The notes under the pieces were generated by a model that ran no database searches, was not told the origin of the DNA, and saw nothing but the letters and a program-made list of their open reading frames with translations. Below, in pieces: positions 15,338-23,857 of a stretch of 64,000 bases of DNA. The stretch is from Verrucomicrobiia bacterium. GTDB taxonomy: Bacteria; Verrucomicrobiota; Verrucomicrobiia; Limisphaerales; CAIMTB01. Within the stretch, counting starts at the first letter, position 1. The number at the start of each line of letters is the position of its first letter. The position numbers and the translations under genes are program-made. The stretch is from assembly GCA_019634625.1 (NCBI GenBank), contig JAHCBA010000005.1, positions 136,950-200,949 of the forward strand, read 5' to 3'.

Positions 15338-17770
15338 CTACCGTCGCCCCGCCAGCCACCGCCGGATGGCCAGGCTCTGCGAGTGCTCCGGATCCAGCTC
15401 GATGACTCTCAGGTAATGCGCCCGCGCCCTTCCGCCATTCCCCAACCGCTGCGCATACAGGTTCCCCAAAAGCAGATGCGCCGCCACATGGTCGGGATCC
15501 GTGGTCACGATCCGTTCCGCCTCGATCGCCGCGTCGGTGGGGTACCCGGCGCGCTCGAGGGCCAGCGCAAAGGTCAGTCGTGCCGACAGGGAATCCGGGT
15601 CCAACGACAAGGCCCACTCGCTGGCATCCAGCGATCGCGACCAGTCCCCCGTCTGGAGATGAACCGTCGCCAGATTGCGGTAGGCCTCGTACGCCGCCGG
15701 ATCCAGCCGGATCACTTCCGTGTAGTGCGTCACGGCCGACTCCATCCGTCCTCGGCGGTGCTCCTGAATGCCAAGCAGCATGACCGGCCGAGCCGCTGCC
15801 CGGTCACCCGTCGCGGGCCGGTTCGGACGCTGGTACACGTACCTCGGTATCTCCCGCACGGCCCCGGGCATCGGCTCCACCCCCTCCAACCGACCCGGCA
15901 TAACGTCGGCCGGGCCCGGCGACGAGGGCACGCGCACCACCCGGATGCTCGGCTCGGTCAGCAAGGGGATGCCCATCCCGTCGACAACGGGTGCCGATCG
16001 ATCCACTTCCGCCTGGGTTGCAGCCACCTCCCTGTCCGATGCCCGTTCCGCGCCGTCCTCGGAACGGAACCACGTCGTCGGATTCACCCAACGCCACCGT
16101 CCCGCCTCGCTCGCCTCCCTGTCCTCACCTGCGGACGGCCCAGGTTCCACGCTTCGCCCATCGGAAGCGAACCACTGCATCGGATTGGCCCGACTCCAGA
16201 ACCGCCGCCGTTCGGCTGCGTCGGCATCCGGTCGGGCGATTCCAACCTCCCGCGTTGCCTCGTCGCCAGTCGCCGTCCCCTCCGAAGACACCCCCGGCAG
16301 CACAGGGGCCCAGGCTTCGTCCCGCGTCTCCCGCGCAAACCCAGCGGGCACCGGCACCTCCACCACCTGCAGGGGTTCCGGCGCGGGCCCTTCCACGGCC
16401 AGAGTCACCGGCGGGACCGGTGTCGGGGGCGGCGTCGGCTCGGGCGGAAGACGCAACCCCACCTGCGGCAGCACGCGCAGGGGCGGCTCGGACATCCGAT
16501 CTTCCACCGCTTCCGTCACGGCAACGGGTGGCGGCTCCACGGCCGCCACAAGCCGGTCGGGAACAGCGGGCGGCGGCAACGGCTCCTCCACCACGTTCAC
16601 CTCGGGCACCTCGACCGCGGCAGTCGCAGGGGCAGGGGCAGGATCCGGTTCCACGGGATCCGGATCCACCCGCGGCCCGGGCGCCGTGGAGCGGGAATCG
16701 ATGCCTGCGGACGCCCTGGCGTCAACGGCGCGGGTCGGGGCTGACGGCGGCAGCTCAGAGGGAATGGAAGGGGAAGGCGCCGTGGGCGGCGGCGGTTCCA
16801 GCCGAACGGGGGGAGGGGCATCAATCGTCCCGCCATGTTGCGAGGACTCCGGTGGTAGGCTGGTCCCAGCCCTGGTCGCGGCCAGTTGAACGGGCGCAGC
16901 GGTAGGTTCCTGGGTCGGTTCCTCCGGCACCGCGGGGGTCGAGGAAGGGCCGGCCGTCCCTGTAAGGGGCGTTGCCCCGGCCACGGGAAGTGCGGCGGCC
17001 CCAGGGACGTCCGGCACTGCGGGCGGCGTCTCAAGGTGGCGAAGGATGGCGGCGATTCCCAGGGAACGGGCGGCCTCCGGTCGCAGCGCGGTGTAACGCC
17101 GGTAGGCCTCGACGGCCTGAGGTCGGGCGCCCAACTGCTGGGCCGCCACGGCCAGGTTCAACCACGCGGGAGCGAATCCCGGCTCCCGCTGCGCCGCCTC
17201 GCTGAAACACTGCCAGGCCTCCCGGGCCCGCCGCTGCTGCTGCAGGGCGATTCCCAGCCCGTTCAACGCCTCGACGTCCCCGGCGCGCAACCGCAGCGCC
17301 GTGCCGAAACTTCGTTCCGCCTGGCCCCACTCTCGGACCCGCAGCAATGCCTGCCCATGCGCCCGCCATCCCTCCGCCGACTCGGGTTCGATCGCGATAT
17401 ACGAGCGGAAGGACTCCGCCGCCTCATCCGGGCGTCCCTGTTCCAACCAGAGATGCCCCAGATTGAAATGGGCGGCCCCAAGGCGGGCGTCGAGGCGGAT
17501 GGCGTGCTGATAGGCCCGCAATGCCTCCCCCGGCTGGCGGGCGGCGTGCTGGGCCAATCCAAGATGATTCCAGGCCTGCGCGTTCCCCGGCAGGAACTCC
17601 ACAGCGGTCTGCAGCCGGCGCACCGCGTCCCGCGGACGCCCCTTCTGCAGAAGCCGCTCCCCATCCAGCAAGGCGCGGGGCCCCGGCGGCGTGCACGCCG
17701 TCAGCACCAGCGCCAGGCCCACCGCCACCATCGCGGCACCGCGCCGAATTGGGATTCTTGTCGTCAACAT
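15338..17770 (-). CDS. TPR-repeat lipoprotein with a central proline-rich low-complexity spacer
   Basis: This is the 3' two-thirds of track ORF 15338..18877. The start was set at MLTTRIPIRRGAAMVAVGLALVLTAC (lipobox-like; alternative ATG at 17788). It has an N-terminal TPR block, a roughly 330-aa Pro/Ala/Glu-rich region and a C-terminal TPR block. Confidence 0.75.
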   Translation of the reverse strand: MLTTRIPIRRGAAMVAVGLALVLTACTPPGPRALLDGERLLQKGRPRDAVRRLQTAVEFLPGNAQAWNHLGLAQHAARQPGEALRAYQHAIRLDARLGAAHFNLGHLWLEQGRPDEAAESFRSYIAIEPESAEGWRAHGQALLRVREWGQAERSFGTALRLRAGDVEALNGLGIALQQQRRAREAWQCFSEAAQREPGFAPAWLNLAVAAQQLGARPQAVEAYRRYTALRPEAARSLGIAAILRHLETPPAVPDVPGAAALPVAGATPLTGTAGPSSTPAVPEEPTQEPTAAPVQLAATRAGTSLPPESSQHGGTIDAPPPVRLEPPPPTAPSPSIPSELPPSAPTRAVDARASAGIDSRSTAPGPRVDPDPVEPDPAPAPATAAVEVPEVNVVEEPLPPPAVPDRLVAAVEPPPVAVTEAVEDRMSEPPLRVLPQVGLRLPPEPTPPPTPVPPVTLAVEGPAPEPLQVVEVPVPAGFARETRDEAWAPVLPGVSSEGTATGDEATREVGIARPDADAAERRRFWSRANPMQWFASDGRSVEPGPSAGEDREASEAGRWRWVNPTTWFRSEDGAERASDREVAATQAEVDRSAPVVDGMGIPLLTEPSIRVVRVPSSPGPADVMPGRLEGVEPMPGAVREIPRYVYQRPNRPATGDRAAARPVMLLGIQEHRRGRMESAVTHYTEVIRLDPAAYEAYRNLATVHLQTGDWSRSLDASEWALSLDPDSLSARLTFALALERAGYPTDAAIEAERIVTTDPDHVAAHLLLGNLYAQRLGNGGRARAHYLRVIELDPEHSQSLAIRRWLAGRR

Positions 17771-17833
17771 TCGGTTTGCGGCTAGCATCCTCGCCCGGAC
17801 AAGGCCGGCGTCCGGGCCCATGCTTGTCGCGTC

Positions 17834-18904
17834 ATGACGCGAGTCATACTCATCCTTCTCTCGATTTGTCAGTCGTTTTGTCGGGGTGCTGACGGTCTGT
17901 CGTTCGCCGATCCCGGAGTGTTCGGCGGCGTGAAGCCCGGGCAATCCCGCGTCGTGGTGGTCCGGGACCCCAACGCCACCCAAGCCTTCGCTCCCGCGGG
18001 ATCGGTGGTGACAGAGATGGTAAGACGCGGGGTGACCACCCTCACCGGCGAAGCTTCCGCCTCCGCCGCCTGGCGTTCCCTCATCGCCCCGGACGACATC
18101 GTCGGCATCAAGGTCCACGCTCCGCCCGGACCCTTCAGCGGGTCGCGTCCAGCAGTCGCCGAAGCGGTCATCCGGGGCCTCATCGAGGCCGGTCATCCCG
18201 CCTCCCGGATCGTCCTGTGGGACCGCCGTCTCGAAGACCTGCGCCGGGCCGGCTTCGAGACGCTGGCGACCGCCCTCGGCGTTCAGATTGCCGGGGCCGT
18301 CGATGCCGGCTTCGACCCGGACGTCTTCTACGCCAACCCGCTCCTCGGCCGGCCCGTTTTCGGGGATCTCGAATTCGAACGGACGCGGCCCGGAACGCCA
18401 CGGGAGTCCGGCCCGGTCGCCGGACGTCATTCCCACCTTTCGCGCCTGGTCACCCGGCGCCTCACCCGGCACATCAACATCGCCCCCCTTCTCAATCACA
18501 ACACCGCCGGCGTCAGTGGCATCCTCTATACCGTCGCCAGTGCCGCCACCGACAATTTCGTCCGTTTCGAGGCTCATGCTTCGCTCCTTGCCTCCGCGGT
18601 CCCGGAGATCTACGGGCAACCCCAGCTCGCCGACCGCGTCGCCCTCAATATCGTCGATGCCCTGGTCGGTCAGTATGAGGGGCGTCACCGCAGCCTCCTC
18701 CACCGGGCCGGCGCCCTCAACCAGCTCCGGTTCAGCACCGATCCCGTCGCGCTCGACGTGCTCTCCATCGAGGAACTCAACCGGCTGCGGGTCGCCGCCG
18801 GGGACCCCCCAGGACCCAGCCGCTTCGAACTTTATTCCAACGCCCGCCTTCTTGAACTCGGCACGGATGACCCGCACGAGATTGATCTCGTCATCGCCCC
18901 CTGA
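17834..18904 (+). CDS. DUF362-like protein (function unknown)
   Basis: 356 aa with an N-terminal signal-like segment and coding-like composition. The antisense part of the 1179-aa ORF over this span is low-complexity. The family name is from memory of DUF362 architecture and was not searched. Confidence 0.6.
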   Translation: MTRVILILLSICQSFCRGADGLSFADPGVFGGVKPGQSRVVVVRDPNATQAFAPAGSVVTEMVRRGVTTLTGEASASAAWRSLIAPDDIVGIKVHAPPGPFSGSRPAVAEAVIRGLIEAGHPASRIVLWDRRLEDLRRAGFETLATALGVQIAGAVDAGFDPDVFYANPLLGRPVFGDLEFERTRPGTPRESGPVAGRHSHLSRLVTRRLTRHINIAPLLNHNTAGVSGILYTVASAATDNFVRFEAHASLLASAVPEIYGQPQLADRVALNIVDALVGQYEGRHRSLLHRAGALNQLRFSTDPVALDVLSIEELNRLRVAAGDPPGPSRFELYSNARLLELGTDDPHEIDLVIAP

Positions 18905-19544
18905 CGCCGGAGCCCTCGACGCTCCCTTGCCTGCCCCCGGGCCGGCTCACCGGCTCGAAGTCCACCAGCAGCACCTCCACCCGCGGCTCGTGGTAACGCT
19001 CATCCCGGAATCCCCGCGGCAGCGGAGCCGGCTGCAACTGACCGTCATAGGCGTGCGCCGGTGGAACCGCCACCCCACGTTCCACAGGCGCCAGCGGGTT
19101 GAACAGGCCCGCCAGACCCGCCAGGAAGCCACCCACCCCCCTCCGCTCCGTCCGGCCCGCCTCGGGAAGCGCGCCGCGGGTCCGCGACACCCGGTTCGTC
19201 CGAACCTCGGCTGCCGTCGGCACCCGCAATTCCACCGGCTCGCTGAGCCACTGCACCTCCGCCCCCGTCCCGACCACCCCGGCCACCCCCGCCTCGTTGA
19301 GCGGCATTCCGGGCGTGGCCAGAGGCGGCAGCACCCGCACGGGCAGCGCCGCCGGAATCGATTCCGCGGCGCCCGTCGATTGCCGGAATGCCGGCAGGGC
19401 GGGCGCCACCTCCCGTCCTTCGGTAGCCCCAACCGTCCCCGGCGCCCCTGGGGGGGCGGCCGGGGACGGTTCGGCGGCATTCGCCAAGACCAACGATGTC
19501 GGCAACGCCATTCCCAACAGGACCGCGGCAAATCGAGCGTTCAT
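18891..19544 (-). CDS. Secreted hypothetical protein
   Basis: 217 aa with a clear signal peptide (MNARFAAVLLGMALPTSLVLANA). It is the best of three overlapping same-strand frames. Confidence 0.55.
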   Translation of the reverse strand: MNARFAAVLLGMALPTSLVLANAAEPSPAAPPGAPGTVGATEGREVAPALPAFRQSTGAAESIPAALPVRVLPPLATPGMPLNEAGVAGVVGTGAEVQWLSEPVELRVPTAAEVRTNRVSRTRGALPEAGRTERRGVGGFLAGLAGLFNPLAPVERGVAVPPAHAYDGQLQPAPLPRGFRDERYHEPRVEVLLVDFEPVSRPGGRQGSVEGSGVRGR

Positions 19545-19619
19545 GGCAACCTCGGATCAACAGGGTTCAACAACGACCGAACATAAGGCGCCGCCCCGAC
19601 CCGGGCCAGCCTTTCCCGG

Positions 19620-20489
19620 TCAATCCTCCTCCCGCTCGTCCCCAGACTCTTCCCCCGGCGCGGGCCGGCCCTGCGCCGCATGCCGGCGCTCCGTCACCAG
19701 GCCGCGCCGGCTCCCCTTGGCAAAGGTCACCAACCGCAACCCCCATTCGCTCTCCGCCAGCGGTTCCGCCGCCGCCAACGCCGCCCGGAATCCCAGCCCG
19801 GTGCGGAACAGCGCGTGGTAGATCCGGCGCAGTTCCAATCGGACCGCCGCCGGCAATCCCGCCCGTCGCAGCCCGATCACATTCAAGCCGCATACCCGGT
19901 TGTGGTCCCGCGCGATGCAGAACGGCGCCAGGTCCTTGCTGATGCCGGAGTCCCCCTGCATCAGCGCCAGCGTCCCCACCCGCACAAACTGGTGGATCAG
20001 GCAGTTTGCCGAGATGAACGCCATGTCCTCGATCACCACATGCCCGCCCAGTTGCGCCCCGTTCGCGATGATCACCCGGTCCCCGATCTGGGCGTTGTGC
20101 CCGACGTGGCAGTGCGCCATGAAGAAGCCGCCGGACCCGATCCGCGTCGGCTCGTCCGCCCGGTTGGCGCAATGCACCGTGACATGTTCCCGAAAGGTAT
20201 TGCCCTCCCCGATCTCCAGCCGCGTCGGCTCACCTCCATAGCGCAGATCCTGCGGCGGACCGCCAATGACGCACCCCGCTCCGAAGGAGTTCCCGGCCCC
20301 GATCCGGGTCCATCCCGTCAGATGCACCAGCGGACCCACCCGGCATCCCGGCCCCAGCTCGACATGGCCGTCGATGACCGTGTGCGGGCCCACCTCAGCC
20401 GTCGGATCGATGCGGGCCCGGGAATCAATCACGGCGGTCGGATGATGCGCCACGCCGGAAGTCTGCCCAACCCGCCGCCGACAATCCAC
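19620..20489 (-). CDS. lpxA: Acyl-ACP--UDP-N-acetylglucosamine O-acyltransferase
   Basis: Left-handed beta-helix hexapeptide repeats plus LpxA blocks (HPTAVIDSRARIDPTAEVGP..., QDLRYGGEPTRLEIGEGNTFREHVTVH, MAHCHVGHNAQIGD, GLNVIGLRRAG). The true start may be the GTG at 20453 (VAHHPTAV). Confidence 0.9.
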   Translation of the reverse strand: MDCRRRVGQTSGVAHHPTAVIDSRARIDPTAEVGPHTVIDGHVELGPGCRVGPLVHLTGWTRIGAGNSFGAGCVIGGPPQDLRYGGEPTRLEIGEGNTFREHVTVHCANRADEPTRIGSGGFFMAHCHVGHNAQIGDRVIIANGAQLGGHVVIEDMAFISANCLIHQFVRVGTLALMQGDSGISKDLAPFCIARDHNRVCGLNVIGLRRAGLPAAVRLELRRIYHALFRTGLGFRAALAAAEPLAESEWGLRLVTFAKGSRRGLVTERRHAAQGRPAPGEESGDEREED

Positions 20490-20652
20490 GCTTTCGAGCC
20501 CTCGGAGCCTCTCTGAAAATTCGAAGGGGCCCGGTTTCGAAGAAATGGCCGGATGCCGAGGCGCGGAGGAGGAGGATCGAGCATACCCGACAGCGGGCTG
20601 TGACCCAGGAGCGACGATACAAGCCGGCCAAATCCCATCCCTTACAACAATA

Positions 20653-20758
20653 GGTCAGGCTCACTAATGTTGACCCTACGGCAACGAGACTACGGCAATA
20701 AGTCAGACCCCTATTTGTTGACGCCACTGGCTATATAGTCAGGCTCACAGTTGTTGAC
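20653..20758 (+). repeat. Array of three 21-bp dyad motifs (GTCAGGC-N7-TGTTGAC) in an AT-rich island
   Basis: Units at 20653-20675 (GGTCAGGCTCACTAATGTTGACC), 20702-20722 (GTCAGACCCCTATTTGTTGAC) and 20738-20758 (GTCAGGCTCACAGTTGTTGAC). Each is preceded by an A/T-rich patch (aata, aataa, atata). The array lies upstream of lpxA, which is on the minus strand. Confidence 0.7.
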
Positions 20759-20849
20759 GCCTTGCTCCTGCCCGAAACCCACAAGAATTTCCGTGCGGCC
20801 ATTGGCGAAAGGTTCGCCGAGGATTCCGGCGCCGATCAGGTGCATCCCG

Positions 20850-20998
20850 GAGTTGTGGGTGAGGAGCCAGCGAATCGGAAGGGCGAGCTCTGCGAGTCCT
20901 CAACACAACGCTCCACTCCGTTGCAGCCTCGTGGAACTCGGCCCTCCGAAGCGCCGCTTGGCGTAGTTCGTACCTCCACCCACAACTCCGGGATGCAC
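20850..20998 (+). mobile_element. MITE-like repeat, copy 2 (intact)
   Basis: TIRs are GTGCATCCCGGAGTTGTGGGTG ... CACCCACAACTCCGGGATGCAC. It is flanked by the 10-bp direct repeat GGCGCCGATC (20838-20847 and 21000-21009). Confidence 0.8.
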
Positions 20999-21149
20999 GG
21001 GCGCCGATCCCTCAATGGGCTTTTCTCTTGAGTCGCCCCTCCCCCAATTCCTACGCTGCCCCCCGTCTTTCGCCGTCATGGAACGCGATGCGCGCCTTTT
21101 CCAGGGCTACTCCTCCGATTGGTCGCCGCGCCTGTTCTGAACGCCTTCC

Positions 21150-21815
21150 ATGATCTCTCTCTACCAACTGGCTTGGAGCCCCTACTGCCTCATCCAGCGC
21201 AGGATCCTCGAATTCGGCCGGATTCCCTTCAAGACCGTCGAGGTGTCCGCTGGCGACCGCAAACGTCTGTGGCAGCTAACCCGCGCCCGGTACTATGAGG
21301 TGCCGGTCCTGAAGCACGGCCGCCAGGTGGTCTTCGAAACCGGCCCCGACTCCCAGGTCATCGCCAAGTACCTCGACAACCGCTTCGCCCTGGATCTGTT
21401 CCCCCGCGAGTGCGAGGGCGTGCAGGACATCCTCTGGCGTTACTTCGAGAACGACGTCGAGGCGGTGGGCTTCAAGCTCAACGACATCTACTGGCGCGAG
21501 TTCGTCCCCAAGGCCGATCATTGCGGGTTCGTACGCCACAAGGAACGCCGCTTCGGGCGCGGCTGCCTCGAGGAGTGGCGGGGTCAGCACCCCCAACTCC
21601 TCGCCCGTCTGGAAGTCCTCCTCAACCCGGCCGAGAAGATGCTCGCCGCACGCCCCTTCCTCCTCGCCTCCCGCCCCGTCTTCGCGGACTTCTGCCTCTT
21701 CGGCATCCTCGCCAACTTTCTCTTCACCGGTCACTACGAACTGCCGGCAGCCATGGCCCATCTCCGCGACTGGTACGGTCGCATGCGCTCCCTGAGGCAA
21801 TCCTCCTCCGCGTGA
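21150..21815 (+). CDS. Glutathione S-transferase-like protein (thioredoxin-fold N-terminal domain)
   Basis: 221 aa. The N-terminal motif LYQLAWSPYCLIQRRILEFGRIPFKTVEV...VPVLKHG is typical of GST_N/glutaredoxin-like folds. Confidence 0.6.
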   Translation: MISLYQLAWSPYCLIQRRILEFGRIPFKTVEVSAGDRKRLWQLTRARYYEVPVLKHGRQVVFETGPDSQVIAKYLDNRFALDLFPRECEGVQDILWRYFENDVEAVGFKLNDIYWREFVPKADHCGFVRHKERRFGRGCLEEWRGQHPQLLARLEVLLNPAEKMLAARPFLLASRPVFADFCLFGILANFLFTGHYELPAAMAHLRDWYGRMRSLRQSSSA

Positions 21816-23149
21816 AAAAAAACTTCCTCCTCGACACCAACGTCCTCCTTCACGATCCCAATTCCCTCGTCAGCTTCCAGGACAACAACGTCCTGATCCC
21901 CATCGAAGTCATCGAGGAAATCGACCGCTTCAAGCGCGAATCCTCCGAACTCGGACGCAACGCCCGCACCGTCTCCCGCCTCCTCGATGGCTGGCGTGCC
22001 AAGGGCCATCTCGGCGAGGGCATCCAGCTGCCCGGCGGCGGCACCCTGCGCATCATCTTCGATCCCCAGGGCGCCCCGTCCTCCCCGCCCCATCGCCCCT
22101 CCGCCTCCACCAACGGCACCCCTTCCCGCAGCACGGACAACCGCATCCTCGCCCGCGCCCTCGGCGCCCGGGAACTCGATCCCAGCCTTCCCCTGGTCGT
22201 CGTCACCAAGGACATCAACCTCCGCCTCAAGGCCGATGCCCTCGGGCTCCCGGCGGAGGACTACGAGACGGACCGCGTCCAGCTTTCCGAGCTCTACAGC
22301 GGCCTCATCGAACACGCCGTCACCCCGGAGGCCCTCGCGGAGTTCAAGGCCAACGACCAGCTCCCGCTTCCCACCGATCACCGTTACTCCCCCAACGAAT
22401 ACTGCACGCTCATCGACCAGACCCACCCCAAACGCAGCCTCCTCTGCAAGGTCGATCCCCAGGGCCGCCTCCTCGTCCCCATCGTCGATGCCCGCGAGGG
22501 CGTCTGGGGCATCCGCCCCCGGAATCGCGAGCAGCATTTCGCCTTCGATGCCCTCCTCGACGACCGCATCAAGCTGGTCACCCTCATGGGCAAGGCGGGC
22601 ACCGGCAAAACCCTCCTCGCCCTGGCCGCCGGACTCCGCCGCTCCGTCGTGGACCGTGAGTTCCGCCGCGTCCTCGTCGCCCGCCCCACCGTGTCCATGG
22701 GACGCGAAATCGGATTCCTCCCGGGCACCCTCGAGGAAAAGCTGGCCCCCTGGATGCAGCCCATCCACGACGCCCTCGAACTGCTCGGCGACCTCAACAT
22801 GGGCCAGGAAAACCGCCGCAGCGCCGACCTCATGCGCAATGGCAGCATCGTCGTCGAGGCCCTCAGCTATATCCGGGGTCGCAGCATCCCCCATCAGTTC
22901 ATCGTCATCGACGAGGCCCAGAACCTCACCCCCATCGAAGTCAAAACCATCCTCACCCGCGTCGGCCAGGGCACCAAGATCGTCTTCACCGGCGATCCCT
23001 GGCAGATCGACAACCCCTACGTGGACTCCAGTTCCAACGGCTTCGTCTTCCTCATCGACCGTTTCCGCGACCAGGCCCTCGCCGCCCATGTCCACCTCGA
23101 GAAGGGCGAACGCTCCGAGCTCGCCGAACTCGCCGCCAACCTCCTCTGA
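21812..23149 (+). CDS. PhoH2-type protein (N-terminal PIN domain fused to a PhoH-like ATPase)
   Basis: GTG at 21812 overlaps the upstream stop. PIN segment: KKNFLLDTNVLLHDPNSL...VLIPIEVIEELD-like. PhoH segment: Walker A GKAGTGKT, IVIDEAQN and TGDPWQID. Confidence 0.85.
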   Translation: MKKNFLLDTNVLLHDPNSLVSFQDNNVLIPIEVIEEIDRFKRESSELGRNARTVSRLLDGWRAKGHLGEGIQLPGGGTLRIIFDPQGAPSSPPHRPSASTNGTPSRSTDNRILARALGARELDPSLPLVVVTKDINLRLKADALGLPAEDYETDRVQLSELYSGLIEHAVTPEALAEFKANDQLPLPTDHRYSPNEYCTLIDQTHPKRSLLCKVDPQGRLLVPIVDAREGVWGIRPRNREQHFAFDALLDDRIKLVTLMGKAGTGKTLLALAAGLRRSVVDREFRRVLVARPTVSMGREIGFLPGTLEEKLAPWMQPIHDALELLGDLNMGQENRRSADLMRNGSIVVEALSYIRGRSIPHQFIVIDEAQNLTPIEVKTILTRVGQGTKIVFTGDPWQIDNPYVDSSSNGFVFLIDRFRDQALAAHVHLEKGERSELAELAANLL

Positions 23150-23203
23150 TCCCGCGTTCTCAGAGCGGGCGCTCGGCCGTACCCATGCAGTAAGGGCGGG
23201 CGA

Positions 23204-23695
23204 TCAGCACGAGGTCGGCACCTCCCGCACCACCTTGACCCCGTGCGGAATGGCTCCCGCCACGAATCCCAGGCATTCCACCGCCCCCCGCGGCTTCCCC
23301 GGCAGACAGACCACCAGGCTCCGCTCCACAACCGCCGCCAATCCCCGCGACAGGATCGCATTCGGGGTGAGCTTCAGCGATTCCATCCGCATCGCCTCCC
23401 CGAACCCGGGCAATTCGCACCGGGCCATCTCCCGCACCGCCTCGGGCGTCACATCCCGCACGGCGATTCCCGTCCCGCCCGTCGTCAGGACCAGCGAACA
23501 TCCCTTCTCGATCTGCGCCCGGATCGCCCGCTGAATCTCCCGCCGTTCGTCCGGCACCAGGTCCTCCGCCAGCACCCGCCACCCGTATCCCCCCGCCGCT
23601 TCCCGCAACGCCGGTCCCCCCAGATCCTCGTAATCCCCACGCGAGGCCCGATCTGAAATCGTCACGATCCCGACGTCGATCTGCATGGCCTGCAT
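23204..23695 (-). CDS. mogA: Molybdopterin adenylyltransferase MogA/MoaB family
   Basis: 163 aa. Motifs: VGIVTISDRASRG...LVLTTGGTGIAVRDVTPEA...PGFGEAMR...VVCLPGKPRGAVE. Confidence 0.85.
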   Translation of the reverse strand: MQAMQIDVGIVTISDRASRGDYEDLGGPALREAAGGYGWRVLAEDLVPDERREIQRAIRAQIEKGCSLVLTTGGTGIAVRDVTPEAVREMARCELPGFGEAMRMESLKLTPNAILSRGLAAVVERSLVVCLPGKPRGAVECLGFVAGAIPHGVKVVREVPTSC

Positions 23696-23857
23696 CCTGA
23701 CTCAACGGGAATCCTGAGCGAGCGTTTTGGCGTGATGACGCAACCCATCGGACCTTCCACTCCACGGGGGGGCCTTGTGGAAGACGCCCTCCGCACCGCG
23801 GGCGGGGCGGAAGGCCGGGCTGGAGCGGGCTGACGGGACTCGGATAGGTTCCGCGTC

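Noticed and set aside
15338-18877. A 1179-aa minus-strand ORF that would be the largest protein in the window.
   Set aside because: It is a composite. The 3' part (15338-17770) is a genuine TPR lipoprotein with its own signal/lipobox start. The 5' part is the antisense shadow of the plus-strand DUF362-like gene (17834-18904) and has a non-coding-like composition.
20762-21031. A recurrent 'conserved peptide' (...STQRSTPL[RQ]PRGTRPSEAPLG...) in ORFs at 20762, 32625, 36105, 35965(-), 38731(-) and 14862(-). It suggests a small paralogous protein family.
   Set aside because: The conservation is at the nucleotide level and appears in both orientations. It coincides exactly with the inverted-repeat-bounded MITE-like element. 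The frames are not preserved between copies.
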